A stretch of DNA of 64,000 bases from an uncultured delta proteobacterium (GCA_963823335.1 CAWGLD010000001.1:1472001-1536000), one strand, 5' to 3'. Counted from the first letter of the stretch, positions 10,824-21,538 are shown. Notes: generated by a model not told the origin, from the sequence alone. Numbers and translations: made by a program.

Positions 10824-12029
10824 ATGCCAAAACCAACCGGCAATCCAGATTCACGGTTTCCGATTCATTTTGAGGATACGTCCATTGCGTTTAAACATAA
10901 ATCCGACCGGGATCTGCTGCTGTCGTACCTGATCTTTCTTCTGACCAAACACCCCTTTCTGGTAAAATTTCTTTCGAGAGCCGCCAAACTGTCCCTGGTC
11001 ATGGGACTTCCCGTCAAACCGCTCATCAAGGCCACTGTTTTCAGGCAATTCTGTGGTGGTGAAACCCGTCGGGAATATCAGAACGTGGTGGAACAACTGG
11101 GCAAATCGGGTATCGGTGCCATTCTGGACTATTCCGTGGAAGGGGGAGAGGACGAAGCCGGTTTTGAAGAAACAAAGAATGCGATCCTGCAGACCATCCA
11201 ACAGGCGGAATCGGATAAGAACATTCCCTTTGCCTGTATGAAAATGACCGGTATTGTCGCTGAATCCCTGCTTGAAAAGATGACAGCCGGGGGTGTTTTG
11301 TCAAGGGAGGATGAACCGGCCTGGGAACGCTTGAAGGAACGCCTGTCTGACATCTGCGAACAGGCCGGGAAAAGCGGCACACCCATTTTCATCGATGCGG
11401 AAGAGAGCTGGATCCAGGGTGTCATCGATGATCTGGCCGAAGAAATGATGCTGACCTTCAACCGGAAAAGGGCCGTTGTTTTCACGACCCTGCAGATGTA
11501 CCGCACAGACCGGGTCGGCTATTTTAAACGATTGATTGAAAATGCCCGGCGCAACGATTTTCTGCTGGGCGTTAAAATCGTTCGGGGTGCCTATATGGAA
11601 CAGGAAAGAGATCGGGCCAGGCACCTGGGGTATCCATCACCCATCCATCCGGACAAGCCGGCAACCGACCGGGCTTTCGACGAAACATTGCGTTTGTTCA
11701 TGGACCATATGGATGCGGTGGAGATATGTGTGGGAACCCACAATGAAGCCAGCTGCAAGCTGCTGGCGGGCTTGATGGCGGAGAAGGGTATTCCCAATGA
11801 CCATCCACACATCTGTTTTTCACAGCTATACGGTATGAGCGATCACATCAGCTACAACCTGGCCCATGCCGGATACAATGTGACCAAGTACCTGCCCTAT
11901 GGCCCGGTGGCATCGACGCTGCCGTACCTGGCCAGACGGGCCGAGGAAAATACGGCCATTGCCGGTCAGATGGGCAAAGAGCTCGAAATCATAGTCAGGG
12001 AGCGGCGTCGGCGGCGGACTGCCGTTTAA
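10824..12029 (+). CDS. Monofunctional proline dehydrogenase
   Basis: ILDYSVEG, IDAEESWIQ, KIVRGAYME, GTHN, QLYGMSD, KYLPYGP..LPYLARRAEEN. Confidence 0.9.
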   Translation: MPKPTGNPDSRFPIHFEDTSIAFKHKSDRDLLLSYLIFLLTKHPFLVKFLSRAAKLSLVMGLPVKPLIKATVFRQFCGGETRREYQNVVEQLGKSGIGAILDYSVEGGEDEAGFEETKNAILQTIQQAESDKNIPFACMKMTGIVAESLLEKMTAGGVLSREDEPAWERLKERLSDICEQAGKSGTPIFIDAEESWIQGVIDDLAEEMMLTFNRKRAVVFTTLQMYRTDRVGYFKRLIENARRNDFLLGVKIVRGAYMEQERDRARHLGYPSPIHPDKPATDRAFDETLRLFMDHMDAVEICVGTHNEASCKLLAGLMAEKGIPNDHPHICFSQLYGMSDHISYNLAHAGYNVTKYLPYGPVASTLPYLARRAEENTAIAGQMGKELEIIVRERRRRRTAV

Positions 12030-12223
12030 ACCTTATTTTTTAACTCCGCGAGTGGCATTCACGCCCTTCGACTTGATATGATGACTGGTTTTCCGTTATA
12101 TTATGGATAGTTGTGACTTCACAACATCCGAGTGGACAAGACAGAATGGAGGTAGTTGCCCTTTCAAGACAATAGGTAGGATTCGATTTCATCAAACGGC
12201 ATGTGCTGGGTGATGTCTGCGTG

Positions 12224-13387
12224 TCATCTTTTCTCCCGCAGCCTGGGTGGCTGTACATAGACCCTGCGGTGTCCTTCTTTGAGTGAAATGGCGTTATCCG
12301 GGCAGAATCTGGCGCAGACACCACACCCGATGCAGGCATTTTCATCCCGCTCTGCCAATCCGTCATCATCCAGCACAATCGCATCCGTTGGGCACCAGTC
12401 AACACAGGTGCCACAGCCGGTGCAGTGGTCTTGGTCGATCATGGCAAGATGATAGGTGGAGTTGATCAACGGCAGGGTCCCGTTGCGCCAGAGACCGAAG
12501 GTGTCGCAACAGTCCTTGCAGCAGTTACAGATGCTCGTCTCCGGGCTGGTTTCCCTGGCTCCGGGGTGAAAGGCCTTGTGGACAAGGCCGGCCTCTTCGG
12601 CCTCTTTCATGATCTGCAGGGCTTCGGCCCGGGTAATCTTTTTGGCAAACCCCTGGGCAACCGTGTGCCGGGCGGATTTTCCGAAGGTAAAGCAATTCAA
12701 CATGGGGGCGCTGGTGGCGCAGTCATCCCCCAGAAGACTCCGCCGCTGCCTGCAGAAACAATATCCTACGGCAATTTCGTCAAACTTGTTGATGATGTCT
12801 TCGATTGTCTGGCTGGGGAGGACAACGTCTTCCGGCATGTCAACGCTTTGGTCGACCGTTATCTTTTGAATTGTTTTGCCGTCGTCGGTCTGGCCTGTGG
12901 GGACGGTGCGATCAACGGCCGGCGCGACTTCAAACAGGGGTTTGAGGGCATCGTAATTATTCTGAATCTCGTCTTTCAACTCTGCCAGAAGGGTTTCGAA
13001 CAGTTCAGCCAACTCCCGCTCCTCATCGCTGCCGGTCAGCGGGGTCATGAATTTGTATTCCATAAGACCGATCATCACCAGCGGAAGCAGGCGATAAATC
13101 ATCATGCCCTTCGAACTGGGCTGGTTGAAGAGCAAACCCGCTTTAGCAAGACTGCTGGTGAGTTTTTCGATGGTCTCCTCGGAAAAGCCGCTGGTCTGCT
13201 TGAGCTGTTCCATGGTTTGTGAGGAGGCATCGTTGAATGCGCAGATCAGATCGAGTTCCTGTTCTTCTTTCACCACGCGACGGATGATGGTAATGGCTGT
13301 TTCACTCAAAGGGAAAGGAAACATGCCCTGTTTGCAGATAACACCCGTAGCCTTCTTAAGTTTGTCCTCTCGTATCAGATCTGTCAT
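12224..13387 (-). CDS. 4Fe-4S dicluster domain protein
   Basis: CFC...C...C, ICNCCKDCC cluster, two C-terminal CxxCxxCxxxCP motifs; ATG 13387 follows a GGAGA RBS. Confidence 0.85.
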   Translation of the reverse strand: MTDLIREDKLKKATGVICKQGMFPFPLSETAITIIRRVVKEEQELDLICAFNDASSQTMEQLKQTSGFSEETIEKLTSSLAKAGLLFNQPSSKGMMIYRLLPLVMIGLMEYKFMTPLTGSDEERELAELFETLLAELKDEIQNNYDALKPLFEVAPAVDRTVPTGQTDDGKTIQKITVDQSVDMPEDVVLPSQTIEDIINKFDEIAVGYCFCRQRRSLLGDDCATSAPMLNCFTFGKSARHTVAQGFAKKITRAEALQIMKEAEEAGLVHKAFHPGARETSPETSICNCCKDCCDTFGLWRNGTLPLINSTYHLAMIDQDHCTGCGTCVDWCPTDAIVLDDDGLAERDENACIGCGVCARFCPDNAISLKEGHRRVYVQPPRLREKR

Positions 13388-13527
13388 CGTGTTTTCTCCA
13401 TTACGGTGAAAAAGGGTGGTTGTCCATACCAGATAGCGCATTTATGTTGCTGATTGGCAGCCAATGTTTTATTGGGGACATACCATACTATTGGCGTATT
13501 TGACAGATTGTTGTAAAAAAATAAGGA

Positions 13528-13694
13528 TTGAAGAACCTCGCAGCAAGCTACGAGGAATGTTCTGTCGTGCGACAGTGCTTCGCAGCGACCGTAAGGAATT
13601 CTGTCTAATCTAGATTCGCTCGCTAACCCCGCAGCATGCGAAGCACTGCCGAACGGCAGAACCTACGGGGAATGCGCTCGCTTTTTCGGTTCAA
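13528..13694 (+). repeat. MITE-like repeat family 1, long (167 bp) copy
   Basis: TTGAAGAACCTCGCAGC...CGCTCGCTTTTTCGGTTCAA; shares its ends and GCAGCATGCGAAGCACTGCCGAACGGCAGAACCT with the copy at 44824. Confidence 0.85.
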
Positions 13695-13705
13695 GGAGTC
13701 TTCAG

Positions 13706-14128
13706 ATGGTCGATGCAGTATTTGAAAAGGTCACGACATCGGATAAACTGCTCTACGGTCCCCGGAAATTTTTGCTGTGCGGGTTTTCATCTGCAGCCCA
13801 GCCCAAATTCGAAACCGTTCTTGAGATGGTCGCGTTAGGGGAAGTCCCAAAGATCTGGGTATCGGATGATAAGGGCGATATGGTATTGTCGGCACTTTTG
13901 CAGCTTCCAGACAACAGCGGTGCGTCTGTTACATCGGGTTTTCCCCGGGCGATCGTTGTTTCGGGAATTTCACAAAATGAGCTCATCAACCTCATGGCGG
14001 TGTGCAAGAAAGCTGGTATGATGAATGCTTTGTGGGCGACGCTGACACCTGTGTCGGAGAACTGGACCATCCAGCAGCTGCTTGCGGAGCTCGCAGCAGA
14101 GCGGAAAGCCATGACAAAGAATCCATAA
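13706..14128 (+). CDS. DUF3783-like conserved hypothetical protein
   Basis: C-terminal LWATLTPVSENWTIQQLLAELAAER motif; TAATG overlap with the next gene. Confidence 0.7.
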   Translation: MVDAVFEKVTTSDKLLYGPRKFLLCGFSSAAQPKFETVLEMVALGEVPKIWVSDDKGDMVLSALLQLPDNSGASVTSGFPRAIVVSGISQNELINLMAVCKKAGMMNALWATLTPVSENWTIQQLLAELAAERKAMTKNP

Positions 14129-16605
14129 TGCCTAACTTGAGAGATACAATAGAAAAGCGGTTCGAATGGTTGGGCACATGGTTGTATGACAACCCCATCA
14201 AGGTACTGCTGGTCACATGTCTGCTGGTGGGATTTTTTGTGTTTCAGATACCCTCTATCTCCATCGATACCTCTTCAGAGGCCCTTCTCAGGAAAGAAGA
14301 CCCCAGTCTTTTGGAATACAACCGCTTCCGGGACCAGTTCGGACGGGCGGAATTAGTTGTCATCGCCATTCAATCCCCGGAAATATTCAGCAGTGTTTTT
14401 TTCTCAAGACTTCAATCCTTTCACCAGGACCTTGAAGAAGAGATTCCCTATCTCCGCGATGTCACCAGCCTCATCAACGCCCGAAGTACCAGGGGCGACA
14501 AGGATAGTCTCATCGTAAAGGATCTCCTGGAGGACTTGCCCGAGACTCCGGTGAATCTGGCACGATTGAGAACAGAAGTCATGTCCAATCCTTTCTATCT
14601 CAATTACCTCATATCCGAGGATGCCCAGATAACCGCTATCATTGTCGAGACGGAAGCGGCGGTGACAGAAGATGCTTCCCGGGCGGAGGATTTGCTGGAT
14701 GCGTTTGATGAGCAACTCCCTGAAACGCCACTGCCGGAAAAAAAACCGCACTATTTTTCGGAGAAAGAGAATAAAGAAGTGGTCACGGCCATCAACCAGG
14801 TGGTGACGCGTCACAGCAGGGACGACTTTCCAATCACGGTCTCCGGCGGTCCGGTAGTGGTGGATGCCTTCAACCGTGCCACCATGAGTGATATCCGTAG
14901 ATGTATTGTGCTGTCGCTGGTGTCTGTGGCATTGTTTCTGGGGGTTCTTTTTCGAAGGAGTTCGGGCGTGGTCCTGCCCATGATCATCATCAATTCAGCC
15001 CTTTTTTCCACCATCGGTCTCATGTCTGTTACCGGGGTTCCCATCAAGATTACCACCACCGTTATTCCGGCATTCCTTCTGTCTGTCGGTGTTTGCGATT
15101 CGGTACATGTGCTGGCCATTTTCTACCGGCAGCTTGATCGGGGACAGAGCAAAAGAGCTGCTATTGCACATGCCCTGGGACACTCGGGGATTCCCATCGT
15201 CATGACAAGTCTGACAACCACCGCCGGGGTCCTCTCTTTTCTCTTTGCCGATTTGAGAGCCATCGCGGAAATTGGCATCTTTGCCGCAGCCGGTGTGGTG
15301 CTGGCGCTGCTGTTCACGGTCGTTCTGCTACCCCCGATGGTGGCCTTGATGCGGATTACGGCAAAACGTTATATGCCCGTCCGCAAAGGGGCCATGGACC
15401 GATTTCTCGAAGCGGTTGCCGTTATATCTACTTCCCACCGAAAAAGAATCATCCTGGCCGGCGGTATAATCTTTATGGTGTTTTTTCCGGCGGTATTTCT
15501 GCTCAATTTTTCTCACAATATCGTCGAGTATTTTCCGGTCGACTCCCCTTACAGACAGGATCTCGGTTTTATCGACACCCGTCTGAAGGGCAGTATTACC
15601 CTGGAGATCGTGATGGACACCCATCGTGAAAACGGGTTGCATGAGCCTGAAATCTTAAACCGGATCGAGGCCTTTGGCAGACAGACAGAAATGTTCCACC
15701 AGGACGGTATCGCGGTGGGGAAGGTCTTTTCCATCACAGATATTTTGAAGGAAATCCATCAGGCCTTGAATGAGAACAATCCGTCCTATTACCGTGTTCC
15801 ACAGGACCGGAGTGTTGTGGCACAGGAATTTCTGCTGTTTGAAAACAGCGGGTCGGACGACCTGGAACGCATCGTGGACAACCAGTTCAGCCAGACGCGG
15901 ATCACCATCAAAACACCCTGGGTGGATGCCGTAGTCTGCAAGAAATTCATCGATAATATACAGCAACGGCTGTCAGATCAATTCCAGGATTCCACCTCGG
16001 TTCATGCTACGGGTCTGATGGCCCTTTTGGCCAGAGCTATCAGCGCCGCCATTTACAGCATGACAAAAAGTTATATTGTGGCTTTCGTCGCCATCACCAT
16101 TCTGATGATCGTCCTGATCGGGAAATGGAAACTCGGTCTGGTGAGTATGATTCCAAACTTTCTACCGATTCTCACGACCATGGGAATTATGGGGCTGCTA
16201 AATATCCCCCTGGACATCAACAGTCTGATGATCGGAAGCATCGCCATCGGTATCGTGGTGGATGACACGGTGCACTTCATCTACAACTTCCAGAAATATT
16301 ATGAGCGGACCTCGAATCCGTATGAAGCCGTGCGTGAAACGCTGCTGGGGACCGGACGGGCGCTCTTGATAACGTCACTGGTTCTCTGCACCGGGTTTTT
16401 TATCCTCATGTTCGCATCCCTGAACCACCTGGTAAACTTTGGCTTTTTTACCGGGATCACCATCTTGATCGCCCTGGCAGCGGATTTTTTCCTGCTGCCG
16501 GCGATTTTGGTGATGATGAACCTCCCCCGAAGAAACGCTCAACTCAGGGTCATGGATTCAGCCATAGCGTCGTCCGGGCATGGGCCTGGATCGCTTGATC
16601 GCTGA
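14128..16605 (+). CDS. MMPL/RND-family transporter
   Basis: Duplicated TM plus periplasmic architecture; GVCDSVH and GIVVDDTVH motifs; start trimmed to ATG 14128. Confidence 0.9.
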   Translation: MPNLRDTIEKRFEWLGTWLYDNPIKVLLVTCLLVGFFVFQIPSISIDTSSEALLRKEDPSLLEYNRFRDQFGRAELVVIAIQSPEIFSSVFFSRLQSFHQDLEEEIPYLRDVTSLINARSTRGDKDSLIVKDLLEDLPETPVNLARLRTEVMSNPFYLNYLISEDAQITAIIVETEAAVTEDASRAEDLLDAFDEQLPETPLPEKKPHYFSEKENKEVVTAINQVVTRHSRDDFPITVSGGPVVVDAFNRATMSDIRRCIVLSLVSVALFLGVLFRRSSGVVLPMIIINSALFSTIGLMSVTGVPIKITTTVIPAFLLSVGVCDSVHVLAIFYRQLDRGQSKRAAIAHALGHSGIPIVMTSLTTTAGVLSFLFADLRAIAEIGIFAAAGVVLALLFTVVLLPPMVALMRITAKRYMPVRKGAMDRFLEAVAVISTSHRKRIILAGGIIFMVFFPAVFLLNFSHNIVEYFPVDSPYRQDLGFIDTRLKGSITLEIVMDTHRENGLHEPEILNRIEAFGRQTEMFHQDGIAVGKVFSITDILKEIHQALNENNPSYYRVPQDRSVVAQEFLLFENSGSDDLERIVDNQFSQTRITIKTPWVDAVVCKKFIDNIQQRLSDQFQDSTSVHATGLMALLARAISAAIYSMTKSYIVAFVAITILMIVLIGKWKLGLVSMIPNFLPILTTMGIMGLLNIPLDINSLMIGSIAIGIVVDDTVHFIYNFQKYYERTSNPYEAVRETLLGTGRALLITSLVLCTGFFILMFASLNHLVNFGFFTGITILIALAADFFLLPAILVMMNLPRRNAQLRVMDSAIASSGHGPGSLDR

Positions 16606-18955
16606 ACCACCAGTAAACTTTTTCACCGCTGATAAAAGGTTTGATCTGATCTTTGGTGTGTGGATGAAACAAGCGTCCGCTCACACCCCCCGGCAGCACC
16701 GCCAGGACCTTGTCCGGGTCGCCCAGGTCGGCGACCATGCGCATGGAATCAGAGACGGTGACATCGAAGGGTTTGTTGAAGTCATAGTAATTGCGCAACA
16801 GCGTCTCGGAAGAACCGCTCACCGGAATTCTGCCACTCCCCAGCAATCCTTTGGCGAAGCCTTCCCGCCGGATGGGGCTGACATGTTCGATGGCGTGTAT
16901 TTTTCCCCAGGCCCACTTGTCAGTTGAGGCACCCATGTCAGCTTTTAGCTGGAGCGCGGCCTCACGGCCTGCCCGCAGGAAAAGATCGTCCCGGGACTCT
17001 TTTTTGTGTTCCGTGGAAATGTCATCGAACCAGGGGGAATCATTTTCTTGCACCATTTCAAGCAGTTTTTCCTGCCAGAAATACCAGTTGTCCAGCAGCG
17101 CCCCGCTAAGGTCCTCACCCAGTTCGTCCTGAAGGGTCATCAGTGCAAACAATCGGTAGGTGGACTGGAAAATGGCCGGGCCGGCCTGGTCGGCATCGTC
17201 ATGAAAATTCCATTCAGAAAGGATGCGGGCCATCTCGGTGGTTTCCTGGTGGCCCTCCAGGGCGCGGGCCATGATGGGCGCGATGGTCTGTGCCATAAGA
17301 TTCAGGGTGTCCCGCTGATATTGCCAGTGATCTTCAGGCGTTTTCGGACCCGGCTGTTCCAGAAGCTGTTTCAGACGCCGGTATCGAAAGGAAGACGCTG
17401 CGTGAGAAGAATAGTAATAAGGATAGTCACTCGGGGGGGTGTAATGATTGCAGGTCCCAATCCAGCCCTTATCCGGGTTGACAGCCTGGGGCATCTCTTC
17501 GAAGGGGATCCATCCCTTCCAGTTGTCGCTGCTCCCTGAAACCACGTAAGGAAGGGTACCGTCTCTCTGTTCCCGGATTGGCAGTTTCCCGGAGGTCTGC
17601 CAACCGATGTTGCCATCCACGTCTGCAAAAACGTAGTTGAGCATGACGATGTTGAGATCTTTGAGGGAGGAGCGGATTTCGTCAGCAGACCGGGCATACA
17701 ACAGGCTGGCCAGACCGATATTTGGTTGGATGGTCTCGAAAGGTGCCCACCGAAGAGAAAGGATCTTGTCGGTCTTGAGCTTGGGAAAGATATCGGACAC
17801 CACCGGTCCCCGGTGGGTCATGCGAATTTGAATGGTTTCCTGACGAATGCCGTCGGGGGCCTTTTTATCCTTGATGGAGAGATTTTCTTCAAGAACACTG
17901 AAGGGAATCGAGAGCTGTCCCTCCAGGTAATGATCCGGGTTTTGAGGGTCCACGGTCTCCACATACAGATCCTGGGCATCGCCGTAGGAATTGGTAACAC
18001 CCACGGCGACATGCGTGTTACGAAAGACGATCATGCCGCCTAAACCCGGGAAGCCGGTTCCCACAACACGAAGATCAGGCGTTATCAGTGCACAGGGGTA
18101 CCACGGGCCGGGTAAAATCCGGGCATCCAGGTGGGGGTCGTTGGCCAGTATGGGTTTACCACCTGAGGAAAACCGGGAGGAGATTACCCAGTTGTTGCTG
18201 CCGATTTTAAGGGGACCGTCGGAGAGAAAATGCTTTATCTGCGAATCCGAGGCCAGGCCGAGAGACTTTTGCAGCACATTCAGAGCATATTCGTTCCGGA
18301 GATTTTCAGACGGATCATCCGGGTTGATATTGAGGGGGAAAAGGCTCGTGGCTTTTTCAGGACCCATGGCATCCACCAGCATCTGGGCGATGATTTCCGT
18401 CTTGAGATTGGCTGCGGAATTCCAGCTCAAGAGATAAGCCAGGGACAGGGAATCCTGGACGGTCCATTTTGTAGGCGCGATACCGGCTAGGCTGAACTCG
18501 AGGTGGTGGGTGTCCTGGCGGGTTTCGATGTAGGCGTTGACACCGTCGACGTAGCGCTGAAGCAGGCGTCGGGGTTCCGGTGCCAGGATGGCGGCCTGTT
18601 GTTTTGCATGTCGAAAAAACCCAAGGGTACGCATGCGGATATCTAATGCCCGGGCTTTTTCCCCGGCGAGTTCGCAGATCCTTCCCTGGGCAAAACGCCG
18701 GGTGACCTCCATCTGGAACAACCGGTCCTGGGCGGTGACAAAACCGTGGGCCATCATGGCGTCATCTCTGTTCTGGGCGTAGATATAGGCCATGCCTTTT
18801 TCGTCCCGCAAGACCTTTACGGGCGCATTCAGGCCGGCCAGATTCAGTTCGCCGCTGTCCTGATAATCGTTCAGAAAAGAACAGCCCCAGAGAAATGTGC
18901 AACTGACGACGAGCAGTACGACAACCTGGGTCCTGATTTGATTTTTGATTCGCAT
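16550..18955 (-). CDS. Penicillin acylase family (S45) Ntn-hydrolase, probable lipoprotein
   Basis: Lipobox-like LWGC, AQDRLFQME, catalytic GSNNW, ILANDPHL. Confidence 0.92.
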   Translation of the reverse strand: MRIKNQIRTQVVVLLVVSCTFLWGCSFLNDYQDSGELNLAGLNAPVKVLRDEKGMAYIYAQNRDDAMMAHGFVTAQDRLFQMEVTRRFAQGRICELAGEKARALDIRMRTLGFFRHAKQQAAILAPEPRRLLQRYVDGVNAYIETRQDTHHLEFSLAGIAPTKWTVQDSLSLAYLLSWNSAANLKTEIIAQMLVDAMGPEKATSLFPLNINPDDPSENLRNEYALNVLQKSLGLASDSQIKHFLSDGPLKIGSNNWVISSRFSSGGKPILANDPHLDARILPGPWYPCALITPDLRVVGTGFPGLGGMIVFRNTHVAVGVTNSYGDAQDLYVETVDPQNPDHYLEGQLSIPFSVLEENLSIKDKKAPDGIRQETIQIRMTHRGPVVSDIFPKLKTDKILSLRWAPFETIQPNIGLASLLYARSADEIRSSLKDLNIVMLNYVFADVDGNIGWQTSGKLPIREQRDGTLPYVVSGSSDNWKGWIPFEEMPQAVNPDKGWIGTCNHYTPPSDYPYYYSSHAASSFRYRRLKQLLEQPGPKTPEDHWQYQRDTLNLMAQTIAPIMARALEGHQETTEMARILSEWNFHDDADQAGPAIFQSTYRLFALMTLQDELGEDLSGALLDNWYFWQEKLLEMVQENDSPWFDDISTEHKKESRDDLFLRAGREAALQLKADMGASTDKWAWGKIHAIEHVSPIRREGFAKGLLGSGRIPVSGSSETLLRNYYDFNKPFDVTVSDSMRMVADLGDPDKVLAVLPGGVSGRLFHPHTKDQIKPFISGEKVYWWFSDQAIQAHARTTLWLNP

Positions 18956-19093
18956 GTCTGAATAGCTCTCTTATGGCTTCGGTGTGAATAACGTTCCGAA
19001 ACTGCTTCGGCAAAGAATGTCTAACGGAACGTATTTATGTAAACTACTATAGAAATGTCCACAAGAAAATCTTCAAAAAAACGTCCCACGATT

Positions 19094-19942
19094 TCAGGCC
19101 GAAATCAAAAGGAGAGCCACCAGCGCCACCACAACGCCGCACCACTGATTGCGATTGAGTTTTTCCTTGAGAAAAAGCCAGGCCAGCGTGACGGTGGCCG
19201 CTGGAAAGAGGGAGGAGAGCATAGCGGATATATCAAGACGGCCCATGCTGGTTGCCAGGGCAAAGAACATATTGCCCAGAACATCGCAAATGCCTGCTGC
19301 CGAAACAAAGGGGAGTTGACTTCTTTGTGGGACCCGCGCATTTGAACTGGCCATGAAAAGAATTGACATCATCAGGAGCGATACGCAGCGTGTTCCCACC
19401 AGGGGCCAGAGAACGGATGTGTGACTGGCCGCGTCGATGAGAATAAAGAAAAGGCCAAAGCAGATTCCAGACAGCAGAGGTAGCGTAAACTCGGTAAAAC
19501 GATGCTTTTTCTGTACGCCTTTTGAAAAAGAGAGCAGCCAGACTGAAGAAAGCGCCAGTCCCAGTCCCAGGATCTGTGGGACCCTCGGTAAGCCCTCCTG
19601 AAAAAAGGCAAAACCGATGGGGATCAGGGCCGTAACGATGGCGGACATGGGTGCAACGATACCCATGCGGCCCCGGGAGAGACCCTCGTAGAGGGCCATG
19701 AGACCCAATACACCAAAAATACCAGCCAGTCCTCCAAAGACCATATCCCGCAGTGGCGGGAATGACCTGGAGAAAATCATTGCCAGCAGAAAGAGAAATG
19801 TGGCACCGATGAGTTGTGAAAAAAGAATCACACTGACAACACCGCTTTTCCGCGAGGCAAAGCCGGCGCTGAAATCCCCGGCCCCCCAGGCGATGGCGGA
19901 GCTGAGACCATAGGTGATAGCCAATGTTTCCGGGCCGATCAA
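19094..19942 (-). CDS. DMT/EamA family transporter
   Basis: About 10 TM helices, WGAGDFSAG, C-terminal LAWLFLKEKL. Confidence 0.88.
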   Translation of the reverse strand: MIGPETLAITYGLSSAIAWGAGDFSAGFASRKSGVVSVILFSQLIGATFLFLLAMIFSRSFPPLRDMVFGGLAGIFGVLGLMALYEGLSRGRMGIVAPMSAIVTALIPIGFAFFQEGLPRVPQILGLGLALSSVWLLSFSKGVQKKHRFTEFTLPLLSGICFGLFFILIDAASHTSVLWPLVGTRCVSLLMMSILFMASSNARVPQRSQLPFVSAAGICDVLGNMFFALATSMGRLDISAMLSSLFPAATVTLAWLFLKEKLNRNQWCGVVVALVALLLISA

Positions 19943-21339
19943 CGAATTTCTCCTTCCTTGCTAGAAGATCCCAGTTTGTATTTGGCAAAGACCAGAAAAA
20001 TGGACAATCCGATGACAAATGTCCAGGGGAACCATTGAAAAGATTGCATAAAGACCAGATTTTCCAGGAGTTCGGGTACGAGATGGGGGTACTTTTCTGA
20101 AATACCGGGTCTCAGCATGGTAATCAGGAACGCGTAGAGTAACCCGATCATACCGTAAAAGAGATTCATGAAAAGTCCTTTGAAACTTAAAACCGTGGCG
20201 CGCTGATGCGATTCCGTAATGTGATTCAGGTAGTGACTTACAAAGAATCCGATCATGTAGCCGCCACTGTAGAGGATAACGATTGGAATCAACCCGTAGT
20301 GCGGTTTGAAAACAGTCATGCCGTAAAGACCGACAATGGTGGTGGTGCTGACCACCAGCAGATTGAACCGGGGCGTGTGTTGCTCGACCATTTTCATGGC
20401 TATGCGCGGTATGATGATACCTATCAGGGCCATGCCGGAACCGATGATGCCGAACAGGGCTTCGGGGATCTCGATCAGCCGGTAATATTGGCTGGCGAGC
20501 GTGCCTGCCATACGGATGATGCTGTCAAAAAGGAACCCTGCGGCGATGATGACCATGGCAAAGGGGGTCTGCAGTATCCATTTCCCGGCGCCCACTGTCT
20601 GCAAGACAATTTCTCTGACAGTGAGTCTGCAGGTTTCCAGGTCACTGCATTCGTCGCTCAATAGAGACGATTGTGGGTCTGCCATGCATAGGGTCGAATA
20701 TAAGGTCAAGAAGGCCATGATAAGGGTCAGGTATATGGGGAATCGGAGGGTGACATCCTGGGTCAGGGAGACCTGCCATCCGATCCAGCCCATCAGACGC
20801 TGCATAAACACCGGATCATAGACAGCCGCTCCCACAGCCATGGCGAAAATGCGTCCAATAGCGCGCATACGCATTTGCGTAGCCAGGACCTTGCTCCATT
20901 CTCCCGTCAGCCCGGCCTCCTTCAGTGAATCGAAGGCAATGGCCTCGTCAGCGCCGCTGGCGGCTGCTTCGGCGGTACCGCTCAGCACACGGTTGACCAG
21001 AAAGATGGCAAACAACAGGGTCGGGTTTCCCAGGGGGACGATGCAAAGAAGCAGCAACTCAACAATCATCAGCAGACTGGAAAAGATGAGCATGTTGCGG
21101 CGCCCCCAGATGTCCGCCAGGGCTCCGGACGGAACTTCCATCAAAACGATGGCGCCGGCCCAGACGGCATTCAGGATGGCAAACTGGGAAAGGGTGAGAC
21201 CAAAGTCGAGAAACAGAATCGTGAACACCGGGTAGTAGAACCGGGCGTTGAAAAAGACCCGGAAGGCAATGAACATGCGGATATTGTTCAAGGCAAATGG
21301 CGATGAAGGGGGTTGTGTATCATTCATGTGTCTGCTCAT
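19939..21339 (-). CDS. MFS transporter
   Basis: Motif A-like EVPSGALADIWGRR, SGADEAIAFDSL, many TM helices. Confidence 0.88.
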   Translation of the reverse strand: MSRHMNDTQPPSSPFALNNIRMFIAFRVFFNARFYYPVFTILFLDFGLTLSQFAILNAVWAGAIVLMEVPSGALADIWGRRNMLIFSSLLMIVELLLLCIVPLGNPTLLFAIFLVNRVLSGTAEAAASGADEAIAFDSLKEAGLTGEWSKVLATQMRMRAIGRIFAMAVGAAVYDPVFMQRLMGWIGWQVSLTQDVTLRFPIYLTLIMAFLTLYSTLCMADPQSSLLSDECSDLETCRLTVREIVLQTVGAGKWILQTPFAMVIIAAGFLFDSIIRMAGTLASQYYRLIEIPEALFGIIGSGMALIGIIIPRIAMKMVEQHTPRFNLLVVSTTTIVGLYGMTVFKPHYGLIPIVILYSGGYMIGFFVSHYLNHITESHQRATVLSFKGLFMNLFYGMIGLLYAFLITMLRPGISEKYPHLVPELLENLVFMQSFQWFPWTFVIGLSIFLVFAKYKLGSSSKEGEIR

Positions 21340-21538
21340 TAATCATGGCTACGCTGGTGTAGCGCTAAGGTTCTTTTGTCCGGTGCAGAAAAAAACAACC
21401 TCCAACATAGGCATTCATCGAAGATTTGCAATATATATGTTGAACCGTAGCGCCGTGTGCCGAACGGGTGACTTGCTGCCAAGAATCTTCAAAAATGGGC
21501 CTTGTACTCAGATGTCAGTTGTCATACTGTTTATGGGT

